From Squalus acanthias (taxonomy: Eukaryota), in contig CM059432.1 in NCBI GenBank assembly GCA_030390025.1, forward strand, positions 8,370,001 through 8,434,000: a stretch of DNA of 64,000 nt, in the 5' to 3' direction. Shown in pieces: positions 11,240-23,717 of the stretch. The notes under the pieces are model-generated. The model was not told the origin of the DNA and did no database searches. It saw nothing but the letters and a program-made list of their open reading frames with translations. The position numbers were made by a program, and so were the translations under genes. The first letter of the stretch is position 1. The number at the start of each line of letters is the position of its first letter.

Positions 11240-12327
11240 TGTCATCCCAAACTCGGCTGCCCCGTGTCCTAACTCGCACCAAGTCCCGTTCAACCATCAC
11301 CCCCCTGTGCTCGCTGACCTACATGGGCTCCCAGTCCGACAACATCTCGATTTTAAAATTCTCACCCTTGTTTTCAAATCCCTCCACGGCCTCACCCCTC
11401 TCTATCTCTGTAACCTCCTCAAGCCCCACAACCCTCCGAGATCTTTGCGCTCCTTCAATTCTGGCCTCCAAGGCATCCTCGATTTTAATGGCTCCACTGT
11501 TGACGGCTGGGCTATGCTCTGGAATTCCCTCCCTAAATCTTCACCCCTCTATTCTCCTTTAAGACACTCATTAAAACCTACCTCTTCGACCACCTGTCCT
11601 AATATTATGAGGCTCAGTGTCAAATTTGTTTTGTTGGGGTAAAAGAGAAGTCTTCCCTCCTCTCAAGCGGACCCCCTGAGATAAGGGGTCGACGCTTGCC
11701 CTATAGCAACCACGAATTCACCAGACGGACACCTTGGATAAGTTTAACGATCTTTATTCAAGCATATGCAGGGGGAAAATCTCAGTCTCATTTCAGAGAA
11801 AGGATTCTTCTACCGAGTATCAAATACGTACAGCAGTTATACCCTAACTTGAGGCGTGCACCCCTCGTGCACACCCCTTCTACGATCATTGATTGGTGTA
11901 CAGAATAGGCGAAGGGCTGTGTCCATTCATTGCCCCTTATCAGGGAGGTTGCTGAATGGTTCACAGAAACCCATCTTTACAGCATTCGCGGGCTAAATTA
12001 TCTGTTCCTACCCTGGCCATGAGGTGCTTACCTCATCCTATGAGAATCTGTTTGTCCTGCCTTATCTTAAGCAAGGACAAAAGACAAGCTTGTTAGCCTT
12101 ACAGTTCCTGTCTTATCTAGGTCTTACATTCCTAAGCAAGGATAGGAGACAAACTTATCAGCCTTCTAGTTTCCACTAATTTTAATTCTAAGAAGTTATA
12201 ATTTCTTCTAACTTTAATTCTAAGAAGTCTTTTTTTGCCCCCTTACAGTTTGATAACGCTCCTGTGACGTGCCTCTGGACGTTTTACTACGTTAAAGGCG
12301 CTATATAAATGCAAGTTGTTGTTGTTG
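11240..12327 (+). mobile_element. L2 3' fragment interrupted by a solo LTR
   Basis: PVLADLH.LPV..LDFKIL.LVFKSLHGL motif; the tail resumes at 12248. Confidence 0.85.
11632..12247 (-). mobile_element. Solo LTR (ERV or Gypsy type), 616 bp
   Basis: TG...CA ends, imperfect terminal inverted repeat, exact 4-bp TSD GTTT, and AATAAA on the minus strand near 11755. Confidence 0.85.
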
Positions 12328-13690
12328 AACCAGCGAAGGATACACTGCCATCTTAAACAAGCGACAGTTTCCCGGTGGTTGATAAGCTGCAGAAATAAAC
12401 ATGTCAGTTGGTCTTTCAACATGTATTATAAGCACCTATATCAACATCACTAAAAAACAGATGACCTGGTCATTATCACATTGCTGTTTGTGGGGCTGCC
12501 CCGTTTCCTACATTACAAACAGTGACCGCACTTCAAAAAAAAGTGCTTCACTGGTTGTAAAGCTCTTCGGGACGTCCTGAGGTCGTGAAAGGCGCTATAT
12601 AAATGCAAGTCTTTCTTTCTTTCTTATAAAACATTTAGCTTCCCACCGCACTTTAACCGGCTGGTATCAATAAACTCAGAGTCCTGCATTGCATTATTGA
12701 CAGAATAACTGATACTTGAATTCTAATTAACCCTGGTGTGTGAGTGACCTCGCTCTCAGCTCCGCTGTCTGTCATCAGCCAGTTCCTGTAATTTACCAGT
12801 TAGAGTTTCATTTGAAAGACGTTACGCAATTGTCCTGTAAATCAATTTTCCATTTTCATTATACTGTAGGAGTTGTTTTCAACAGGATTTCTCCTTCCTC
12901 TGAGGGGAAATTACAGTCCAGGTCTATAAAGCTGAATTGATTCTCTACTTTAGAACTAAATACCTGTCTATATTATTTACGAAAAGCCTTCAGCTTTCCT
13001 TTAAACTTGTAATTTAAGTGAATCAAAACTCAGATGATTCTGTGATTGGTACTAGCCTACATCTTTGTACCAAAGCCCTTATTGATCAAATGCTGTGTAA
13101 TAAGAGGCACCAGGCATTCAGACTCACTCCGCGTTCCACACAGTACTGTAATAGGAACTGTGATTTGTTTTCCACTGTTAAGGCATTCATACCATAATAC
13201 TTTCAATATCGTTGAATCAGAGACAGATACAGCACAGGAGGCCATTCGGTCCATTTGGCTTTGAAAGAGCGAACCAGTTAGTCCCACTGCCCCTGCTCTT
13301 TCTCCATAGCCCTGAAAAAGTTTCTCCTTCAAGTCTTTATCCGATTCCCTTCAGAAAGTTACCATTGAATCTGCTTCCACCGCCCTTTCAGGCAGCGCGT
13401 TCCACATCACAACAACTCGCTGCGTAAATGTTTTTTCCCTCACGGCGCCGCTGGTTATTTTGCCAGATTTTGCCGTCTCATCGAAAAATGTATCTGCTCC
13501 CTTCAAGTGACATACAAGCCAGCGAAAGAAAACGATCCTGTACAGGATAAACTGACCAGTGAACAAGCATTAAACTAAAAGCGTGCTGCAGGTAAACAAG
13601 ATACTTAGCAGGAAGGCAGTAATGAGCAGGGTGAATATTCTGTCAGGTACTACACTGCAGAAAGGATAGTTAAACTGCCAGTTGATTAAC

Positions 13691-15142
13691 GGAGAGACGG
13701 TACAACGAGAGATGGTACAAGGACAGACGGTACAAGGAGAGACGGTACAAGGAGAGACGGTACAAGGAGAGACGATACAAGGAGAGACGGTACAAGGAGA
13801 GACGATACAAGGAGAGACGGTACAAGGACAGACGGGACAAGGAGAGACGGTACAAGGACTGACGGTACTAGGACAGACGGTACAAGGAGAGACGGTACAA
13901 GGAGAGACGGTACAAGGAGAGACGGTACAAGGACAGACGGTACAAGGACAGACGGTACAAGGAGAGACGGGACAAGGAGAGACGGTACAAGGAGAGACGG
14001 TACAAGGAGAGACGGTACAAGGACTGACGGTACTAGGACAGACGGTACAAGGAGAGACGGTACAAGGAGAGACGGTACAAGGACTGACGGTACAAGGAGA
14101 GACGGTACAAGGAGAGACGGTACAAGGAGAGACGGGACAAGGAGAGACGGTACAAGGAGAGACGGTACAAGGACTGACGGTACAAGGAGAGACGGTACAA
14201 GGAGAGACGGTACAAGGAGAGACGGTACAAGGACTGACGGTACTAGGACAGACGGTACAAGGAGAGACGGTACAAGGAGAGACGGTACAAGGACTGACGG
14301 TACTAGGACAGACGGTACAAGGAGAGACGGTACAAGGAGAGACGGTACAAGGACTGACGGTACAAGGAGAGACGGTACAAGGAGAGACGGTACAAGGAGA
14401 GACGGGACAAGGAGAGACGGTACAAGGACAGATGGTACAAGGAGAGACGGTACAAGGAGAGACGGTACAAGGACAGATGGTACAAGGAGAGACGGTACAA
14501 GGAGAGACGGTACAAGGAGAGACGGTACAAGGACAGATGGTACAAGGAGAGACGGGACAAGGAGAGACGGTACAAGGACAGATGGTACAAGGAGAGACGG
14601 TACAAGGAGAGACGGTACAAGGAGAGACGGTACAAGGACAGACGGTACAAGGAGAGACGGTACAAGGAGAGACGGTACAAGGAGAGACGGTACAAGGAGA
14701 GACGGTACAAGGACAGACGGTACAAGGAGAGACGGTACAAGGAGAGACGGTACAAGGACAGACGGTACAAGGACAGATGGGACAAGGAGAGACGGTACAA
14801 GGACAGACGGGACAAGGAGAGACGGTACAAGGAGAGACGGTACAAGGACAGACGGTACTAGGACAGATGGGACAAGGAGAGACGGTACAAGGACAGACGG
14901 GACAAGGAGAGACGGTACAAGGAGAGACGGGACAAGGACAGACGGTGCAAGGACAGACGGTACAAGGAGAGACGGGACAAGGAGAGACGGTACAAGGAGA
15001 GACGGTACAAGGAGAGACGGGACAAGGAGAGACGGTACAAGGACAGATGGTACAAGGAGAGACGGTACAAGCAGGGACGGTACAAGGGGAGACAGTACAA
15101 GGAGAGACGGTACAAGGAGAGACGGTACAAGGAGAGACGGTA
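13691..15142. repeat. 15-bp minisatellite, about 97 units
   Basis: (GGAGAGACGGTACAA)n with GGACA/GGACT/GATGG/GGGAC variants. Confidence 0.98.
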
Positions 15143-15666
15143 TAGTCCCTCCCTTTTACCATCCCTCCCTGCTACCGTCCCACCCTCGCACGGAGAACCG
15201 CTTGTTCCATCCCACTCGCCTGTGTTGACTGCATCACTTCACGCATTCCTGGCAAAGTGTTGGGTGGTTATTGTCCTCCCCACTCCTGGCGGTGCATGTA
15301 CAAAGCTGGTCACTTACACCGGGCGGTGTCACTAAATGCAACATAAAGAAAATTAAACCACAAAGCGGCAGATACGATCAGCAATAAAGTGATGACAGCA
15401 CAGGCCACATTAACCCTTTCTGTTGACAAAGGGGTAAATTACTGTTCGTTCGTTGTAATGAACAAACAGTGACCAATCACATCTATAACAATGATCCTTT
15501 AAATGCTTCTCAAGAAGCGAGTGAGCTAAAATGGGTGAACGTTGAGTAAACAAGGTTCTGGAGAGGACAGAACCTTGGGAGCGTGGTTCCAAATGTACCC
15601 CTGCGCATGCTGAGGGCTGTCGATACAGTTCTGTCTTTTATGGTCAAGGATTATTGGAAATACAAT

Positions 15667-16511
15667 GGCCCAGTTTTTGCTGGAGCCGGGCATCTCGCGG
15701 CGAGCCCCCTCAGTTAGACATTTTTCCCTCACCCTTATTAGCTCGAAAATATTTTGCGCTGGAAGTGCGCGCTGATAACGGCGCAGCGAGGGCGACGGGG
15801 GCAACTGGGACCTTGGTGAACGACGGGATCAACGGTCTATCTCCTCAACCAATGAGATTTAAGGATTGAGAAAGGAACAGAGGAAGGGCTGAGGGTGAAT
15901 TGGATGTCAAGCCAGGTACAGAATGAGAAATAAAGAGAGGGTGAGAAAGATTGGATGAGAGAGAGAGAGAGAAGAAAAGAGACAGAAAGGAAAAGGAAAA
16001 ATTAAAAAATTTACAATTTTACATTTTTATAAAATATCACAAAGTGCAAATTACAAAGCATTTACAGCACAGAAACAGGCCATTCGGCCCGTCAGGTCCG
16101 TGCTGGTGTTTATGTTCCACACCAGCCTAATTCTCTCAGAACAATGCACTACCTGAAGAGTGAAATTGAACAGTTTAAATTGTTCCCTTTCTGGGTGGGA
16201 GGTTGCGCTAACAATTATCACATTGTTAAAAGGCTACTTACGCTGTTAATTGTCACACTTAACTTTCTGCGGCGAGTTTAACGGGCAATTAACGCGCAAA
16301 TCCAGCAGGTTCTTCCGAATAATGGGGAGGGTGAGGGCGAGCTGCCGTCTTTGGGAAGCTGACGGCGGAGCAGCGTAAATCGACCAGCGACTTGTGGCGA
16401 TTCATAACTCACGGCGTATCTCTTCCTCGCCACAAATTGCCGGGTGATTTACGCACTAATTCCGGCGCGCGCCATTAAACTCCCCGTTACTTGGCTGGCA
16501 AATTCCGGCCC
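15667..16511 (+). mobile_element. Harbinger-like MITE (family A)
   Basis: GGCCCAGTTTTTGC ... GCAAATTCCGGCCC termini; internal homology to 52362-53112 and 37920-39980. Confidence 0.65.
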
Positions 16512-17269
16512 GATAAGTCGCTACTAGCCGGCACGGGCTCGACGGGCCGAATGGCCTCCTACTGTGCTGTAACCGTTCTATATCTAGCGACTGTATACTG
16601 TAGCGAGCCAGCCAGACTCGTTATGCTACAAGAGGCCATTACGGCTGAGAATCTTCTCTTTAAAAAAAAAACTGCCTGGTGCTGTGTTGTTTCCCCTCCC
16701 TCGGGTCTGAATGGCCTGTCTCAGCTCCCGACAGCCCATCCTCTTCGCTGTACTGATGTGTTATCATCATCACTCGGATCAATGCTCCTTGATGTCTACG
16801 TGATGGGGTCTATCAACGATTCACAGTCACCCACTCATCACCTCCTCGACACGGGCTTTAATTAATCTCAAATTCCAGGAGTAAATGTACTCGGGTGGTT
16901 CAATGCAATTAATTAAAAAATGGCACAAACTTTTAGCTTAAAAAAGAGAAATTAAAATAGACGGCATTAAAGATCCCTTTAAAACGCAGTTTAAATTTAT
17001 CCCGATATGTTAATTATCATTTTATAATATCAGTAAATAGTATAATTTGTCTGAAACAAAATGTATAAAGAATATTCCATTTGATTTACAATTGATTCAA
17101 TTGTACGTCACAGTAAATGGAGCCACAGATTAATTCAAATAGAGCACATTTGGATACTGTATTCGGAGATTAGAAGGGTGGAAGGGGAGGAGCTTTGACC
17201 ATATTAGTATAGATAAGATATGATAGTTAAGATAAGATAGTTAAGATAAGATAAGATTAGATAGATTGA

Positions 17270-17693
17270 TTTATACAACACCTTTCACAAGGACGTCCCA
17301 AAGCGTTTTACAGCCAATGAAGTTACTTTTTTGAAGTGTAGTCACTGTTGTAATGTGGGAAACGCAGCAACCAATTTGCGCACAGCAAGCTCCCACAAAC
17401 AGCAATGTGATGATGACCAGATAATCTGTTTTTTTAGTGATGTCGATTGAGTGATAAATATTGGCCCAGGACACTGGGGGAGAACTCCCCCCTGCTCTTC
17501 TTCGAAATAGTGCCCGTGGGATCTTTTACATCCGCCTGAGAGAAAGGCTAGGAGGAGAACTTTATAAAGCACTGGCTAAAGAAAGAAAAGAAAGACTTGC
17601 ATTTATATAGCGCCTTTCACGACCAGCGAATTGTCCCAAAGCGCTTGACAGCCAGTGAGGTACTTTTTGAAGTGTAGTTGCTGTTGTAATGTA
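17270..17693 (-). mobile_element. Two DeuSINE-like 3' fragments
   Basis: Reverse complement of the SINE at 9436. Confidence 0.85.
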
Positions 17694-18190
17694 GGTTAGG
17701 CCTCAGCTGGAGTATTGTGGACAATTCTGGGCCCCACACCTCAGGAAAGATGGAAAGGTTAGCAGGGTTGAGGGACTTCAGTTATGCGGAGAGGTTGGAT
17801 AAGTTAGGACTGTTCCCCTCGGGACAGAGAAGGTTAAGAGGTGGCCTAATGGAGGTTTTCAAGATGACGAGAGGTTTTGATCGAGAGAAATTATTCCCTC
17901 TGACGAGTGGGTCAATAACTAGAGCTCATAGATTCAAAATTATTGGAAAAAGATCGAGAGGGGAGATGAGGAGAAATCTTTTCACTCGGACAGTTGTCGG
18001 GATCTGGAACGCTCGACCTGAAATGATTAGTCCATCAATAATTTTAAAAGGGAGTTGGACGGGTTCTTGAGGAAGAGGAACGTACAGGGTTACGGACAAT
18101 AGGCGGGGGGGGTGGGACTGAGCACGACGCTCCTTCAGAGAGCCAGCACAGGCACGACGGGCCGAATGGCCTCCTCCTGTGCTGTAAGTC
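17694..18190 (+). mobile_element. CR1 3' fragment, degenerate
   Basis: FSYAERLDKLGLF..RRLRGGLMEVFK. Confidence 0.85.
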
Positions 18191-18949
18191 TCTACGAGAA
18201 AGAGACAGGGAGCTAGAGATTGAAGGCTAGAGACGCTGGTCAGACAATCAGCTGCTCCTTGTGTCCTGTGGAGGAATTTGTGAGAGATATTGAAAAAAGC
18301 CCTTGAGGGAAAAAAGAAGCGTTTGGGACCAAAGGTGAAATCACTTTTTATTCTGCGAAAGCCGCCTCTCAGATAGATGTAGCGAGTCGCTGTTGTATCT
18401 GTCCCGAACAATCTGTTTTTTGAAGATGATTTCCTCCTCCGTAGCAAAGACAATCTTTGTCCCAGTAAGAATGGGAGTGAAATTCTTCCCACTGAAAATG
18501 CTTTTCCCATTTTTGCACTCGCGCTGGCTCTTTCACTGATGGGAGACATTTCATGTCCAAAGTTTTGCTTCGAAACCAAGGCAACGATTCTGTGTGCTGG
18601 TCAGATGATGACTAAGAGCCTGGATCTGTTAGAACAGCATTCTGTTCAAAAAAAATTCCCTGTGCCCAGAGAGTATAATTAACTTTGCAATGACCGTGGG
18701 AATGATGAACTGTGCGTTCAGTAATCTTCTAGCTCCCTCTTGTGGGTGTTTTTAGTATAACAGCCAAAAAAAAAACGGATTGAAATTTATGCAATTTAGG
18801 AGGATCAGTAATCATGGCCCAGTTGATTTCAGATTCTTACTTGTGTTCAGATCCATTAGTTAGCAAACATTGAGATATTCTTCCGTGTTGTGAATAGAAA
18901 GCCCATCGCTTCTTTCTATCTGTTCTTGTGGAAACCCAGTAGTTATTTA

Positions 18950-19490
18950 GACCGCTTTGCGGAACACCTCCGTTCAGTCCGTAAGGGTGACCCCGAGCTT
19001 CCGGTCGCCTCTCACTTTAATTCTCCGCTCCACTCCCACTCTGACCTCTCCGTCCTCGGCCTCTTACACTGTTCCAACGTAAGCCCGAGGAACAGCACCT
19101 CATCTTTCGATTAGGCACTTTACAGCCTTCTGGACTCAACATAGAGTTCAACAATTTCAGACCATAACCCCTGCTCCCATTTTTTCACATGGCAGCTGTT
19201 GCTGATTCTGCCATTCCCATTTGCAACATTTAATCTCTCCTGCCTTCCACCCGATCACAGACTGTTCCTTTAGTTCTTTCCTCCCCTCCCCACTTTCCCT
19301 GCCTCTGCACCTGCTTAAAACCTGTTACTTCTCCAACTTTTTCCAGTTCTGACGAAAGGTCTTTGACCTGAAACGTTAACTCTGTTTCTCTCTTTCTACA
19401 GATGCTGCCTGACCTGCTGAGTGTTTCCAGCAGTTTCTGTTGTTATTTTTCAGATTTCCAGCATCCGCAGTATTTTGCTGTTGTATTAGC
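18950..19490 (+). mobile_element. Penelope-like element 3' fragment (family H2)
   Basis: DRFAEHLRSVRKGDPELPVASHFN (GIY-YIG C-terminal part); homologous to 47089-47915. Confidence 0.88.
19345..19381 (+). ncRNA. Minimal hammerhead ribozyme, family H2
   Basis: AGTT-CTGACGA-A-AGGTC(TTT)GACCT-GAAA-CG-TT-AACT. Confidence 0.78.
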
Positions 19491-19697
19491 TGTTTAGAGA
19501 TTGCTGCAAATTTTGAACTGATGGATTCTCTCCGGTGAACTGGTGTCGCTATTCCTTCGTAGCAGGGCTGGGGGTTGGGGAGCGGGACTAACGATCACTC
19601 AAAGGTCAAGTAGTGACATCATGTACTGACTGACACGCCAGAGAGCACACTTTGAGGATTCTAGAAATATGTTAATTTGGATGATTAGTGTGTGCAG

Positions 19698-20340
19698 CAC
19701 CATCACCAAGACCGCCTACTTCCACCTCTGTAACATCGCCCGTCTCCGCCCTTGCCTCAGCTTATCCGCTGCTGAAACCCTCATCCATGCCTCTGTTACC
19801 TCTAGCCTCGACTATTCCAACGCTCTCCTGCCAGCCTCCCATCTTTCAGTCTCCGTAAACTTGAGCTCATCCAAAACTCAGCAGCCCCCCCGTGTCCGAA
19901 CTCGCACCGAGTCCCGTTCGCCCATCACCCCTGTACTCGCTGACCTACATTGGCTCCCGGTTAAGCAACGCCTCGATTTTTAAATTCTCATCTTTGTTTT
20001 TAAATCCCTCCACGGCCTCGCCCCCTCCCTATCTCTGTAACCTCCTCCAGTCCCACAACCCTCTGAGATATCTGCGCTCAACCTTTGGTGGCCGTGCCTT
20101 CTGTTGCCGAGGCCCTAAGCTCTGGAATTCCCTGCCTAAACCTCTCCGCCTCGCTACCTCTCTCTCCTCCTTTAAGACGCTCCTTAAAACTTACCTCTTT
20201 AACCGAGCTTTTGGTCACCTGTCCTAATATCTCCTTATGTGGCTCGGTGTCAAATTTTGTTTTATGACATTCCTGTGAAGTCGCCTTGGGGCGTTTTACC
20301 ACGTTAAAAGCACCATATAAATACAAGTTGTTATTGTTGT
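19698..20340 (+). mobile_element. L2 3' fragment
   Basis: KTAYFHL.NIARLRP.LS..AETLIHA.VTSSLDYSN; KLWNSLP; (TTG)n tail. Confidence 0.9.
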
Positions 20341-20369
20341 TCAGGCAGCATCTATAGAGAGAGAAACAG

Positions 20370-20405
20370 AGTTAACGTTTCAGGTCGATGACCCTTCGTC
20401 AGAAC
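20370..20405 (-). ncRNA. Minimal hammerhead ribozyme, family H2 (short PLE remnant 20341-20405)
   Basis: Minus strand reads GTT-CTGACGA-A-GGGTC(ATC)GACCT-GAAA-CG-TT-AACT. Confidence 0.72.
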
Positions 20406-21003
20406 GTGTATTTTGCTTTTGTATTGTTGTTGTTGTTGTTGTGTGCCTGCTGGTTTCTAATGGCTGGCTGCTGGGTCGGCAGGTTGGCTGGACCTTCCTG
20501 GTGGGAATAGCTCAGTTACTCACTGCACCAACTCACAGAGGCATCAGGAGAACACGTTTGCTGTGTTTTAATTGTGAACTGGGTGGCATGAAATAGGATA
20601 GACTTTGGGGCTGGAGTTTCCGCTAGGTTGCGCTTTTCTCCCCCAGCACAATTCGCCCGATATCGGCCCAACTGGCGTGAAAGATCGCGGAATTTTAAGC
20701 GCAAATTACGTCCAGCGCAACTCGGGTTTTCGCGACCTTTTGCGTTAGTTTTAAAAAAAAAATTGCGCTAGAAGTCGGCCCCGCCCACAAACCTTGCTAC
20801 GCTCTCAGATCGAATTAATCACATAGGATATAAGGCACAGAAACGAGCCATTCGGCCCAACCAGTGTTTATGCTCCACTTGAGCCTCCTCTCCATCTTGC
20901 CTCATCTCACTTTATCAGCGTAACCCGCTATTCCCTTCTCCCTCATATGCTTGTCTAGCCTCCCCTTAAATGCATCTATACTATTTGCTTCAACCACTCC
21001 CTG

Positions 21004-21457
21004 AAAGAAAGACTTGCATTTCTATAGCGCCATTCATGACCACCGGATGTCTCAAAGTGTTTTACAGTCAATGAAGTACTTTTGAAGTGGAGTCACTGTT
21101 GTAATGTGGGAAACGCAGCAGCCAATTTGCGCACAGCAAGCTCCCACAAACAGCAACGTGATAATGAGCAGATAATCTGTTTTAGTGATAAATATTGGCC
21201 CAGGACACCGGGGATAACTCCCCTCCTCTTCTTCGAAATAGTGCTATTGGATCTTTTACATCAACCTGAGAGAGCAGACGGGGCTTCGGTTTAACGTCTC
21301 ATCTGAAAGACGGCACCTCCGACAGTGCAGCGCTCCCGCGGTACTGCACCGGAGTGTCGGCCTAGATTTTTGTGCTCAAGTCTCTGGCGTGGGATTTGAA
21401 CCCACAACCTTCTGACTCAGAGACTGCGAGTGCTGCCCACTGAGCCACAGCTGACAC
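21004..21457 (-). mobile_element. Full-length DeuSINE-like SINE
   Basis: Reverse complement of 9436-9906 including the A and B boxes. Confidence 0.88.
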
Positions 21458-22057
21458 AATGGGTTTTGTGCCAAAAATAAACGTTCTTAATCAGAGGGTA
21501 AAAAGCACAGCTGGGTAAAGAAGTTTCTTCTGATTTCTCTATTGGATTTCTTGGTGACTATCTTATATTGATGGCCTCTAGTTATGCTCTTCCCCACAAG
21601 TGGAAACACTTCTCTCTGTATCCACTCTATCAAAACCTTTCATAATTTTAAAGACCTCTATTAGGTCACCCCTCAGCCTTTTTTCAAGAGAAAAGCGACC
21701 CAGCCTGTTCATCCTTTCCTGATAGCTATAATCTCGGCGAGTTTCCGCTAACTGCGCCTAATTGCGGGCCTTCAAGGAGGCTCTTAAAATTAAGCCTATT
21801 TCTAGGCGCAGGGACACTAACGGGCACCTTTTAAAAGCTTTTAAATGTTAACTTTGTATTTCATTTACTAAGAAACTGACTCGTGTACGCCAATGAAACT
21901 AGTTAATGGTTCAGTATAGTTTTTTTTAAAGCCATTTTCAGTGGATTTTAAATCAGGTGGTGGACTGGAGGCTCTGATTAAAAACGTTTATTTTTGGTGA
22001 TAAACCCATTTTCAGCTTGTATTAATCAAACGGCACCAGGTTACCGCTCTTAAACTA

Positions 22058-22632
22058 CAGTTATACAGGGCCTTGGTGAGACCACACCTGGAGTACTGTG
22101 TGCAGTTTTGGTCTCCTTACCTAAGAAAGGATATACTTGCCATAGAGGGAGTGCAGCGAAGGTTCACCAGACTGATTCCTGGGATGGCAGGACTGTCGTA
22201 TGAGGAGAGATTGGGTCGACTAGGCCTGTATTCACTAGAGTTTAGAAGAATGAGAGGGGATCTCATTGAAACGTATAAAATTCTGACAGGGCTAGACAGA
22301 CTGGATGCAGGGAGGATGTTTCCCCTGGCTGGGGGGTCTAGAATCAGGGGTCACAGTCTCAGGATACGGGGTAGGACATTTAGGACTGAGATGAGGAGAA
22401 ATTTCTTCACTCAGAGGGTGGTGAACCTGTGGAATTCTCTACCACAGAAGGCTGTGGAGGCCAAGTCACTGAATATATTTAAGAAGGAGATAGATAGATT
22501 TCTAGACACAAAAGGCATCAAGGGGTATGGGGAGAGAGCGGGAATATGGTATTGAGATAGAGGATCAGCCATGATCATATTGAATGGCTCGAATGGCCGA
22601 ATGGCCTACTCCTGCTCCTATTTTTCTATGTT
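22058..22632 (+). mobile_element. CR1 3' fragment
   Basis: ORF 22073-22555: RPHLEYCVQFWSP...LWNSLP. Confidence 0.93.
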
Positions 22633-22875
22633 TAAACGCATCCAGGAATATGTTTTAATGGAAAAATGTGTTTTTTAGAATTACGTTCTAAAACGCCGCC
22701 CGATCGCGCTGGTCCACGGCAGATTTTACGTTCGGCGATGTGCAAAATGATTTTGAGCGGAAACTTGAGCGAAAAAAAATCCTTCTGAAAACCAGCGCAA
22801 TCTTGGGCTCGATGTGCACCTGGATCTCTGACTGCACCCAGAGCGGAAACTCTTGGCCTTTATATGTGTATAACG

Positions 22876-23494
22876 GGGCCATCATTTGCGATCGGACGCC
22901 TTTGACCTGCAAAAGAATCTATGAATGTACCTGGTGGCCCGGGGGGTACGGAGGCTCGTGGTCCTGGGCCTCTCCCGGTCCGCGCGGGCAGAACCCCCAC
23001 GTATCCCAGAGGGCGCAGGCGGTTCGTAACCACCCCTGGGATCACATGGGCCGGCCCAACCAGTGAAAGAAAGGGAATCCCCATTCATCCTTATGGGAGT
23101 TGCGTATGTATGGAACTGTCATAATTATGAATGGGGATCACTTAAAAAATATACGAACACATTAAATTAAAAAAAAATTAAATTACATATTTAAAATTAA
23201 TTAAAATGCCATTTAATTAAATATTTTAAACAAAGATTTTATTTTTTGAAAAAAAAATTATATGTTTTTTACAGGGCTAAAAATTAACTTACCTTATTGA
23301 AGAGTATTTTAAATTTATAAATGAATGATGAAATTTTATTTTTCTATTTTTTTAAAACTCAAGAGGATTCTTGACAGATGGCAAGTGCCGGGTTGCAGCG
23401 CACGCGCTTCGCACGCCTAAACCCGGCACTTGCGCTGCCCCTACGGGCGCGGACACACCTCGTACGCTCCCGTAGAGGGCGCAAAATACGGCCC
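22876..23494. mobile_element. Harbinger-like MITE with AT-rich core
   Basis: GGGCCATCATTTGCG ... CGCAAAATACGGCCC imperfect TIRs and GC-rich subterminal regions. Confidence 0.55.
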
Positions 23495-23717
23495 ATTAAA
23501 AAAAGGTTATTCTAATGCTGCAAAATCCAACAAAACAAGTACCAAACATTAAGATTTTACAAAGTATTGTCTTCCTCATTTCAGAAGAAATCTTGTGCGT
23601 GGTGTAGTGGCAATTTTGAAGTTGATTTATATATTGTACAGCACCGCACACGGTACAGTATTATTTCACTGAGACTCCCTCACGTAGGCACGATGGATGA
23701 AAACAGCCCAACTATTT

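Larger units (their letters stand above)
20607..22858. mobile_element. Harbinger-like non-autonomous element hosting CR1 and SINE insertions
   Basis: GGGGCTGGAGTTTCCGCT ... AGCGGAAACTCTTGGCC termini, with TTT on both flanks. Confidence 0.55.

Noticed and set aside
13570..15162. 530-aa Cys/Pro-rich and 487-aa GETVQ ORFs resembling keratin-associated or antifreeze proteins
   Set aside because: They are a by-product of a stop-free 15-mer. There is no ATG start or signal peptide, and variants are not biased to synonymous sites.
17926..18579. 217-aa minus-strand ORF
   Set aside because: Half of it is antisense CR1, it has a non-ATG start, and no homology is recognisable.
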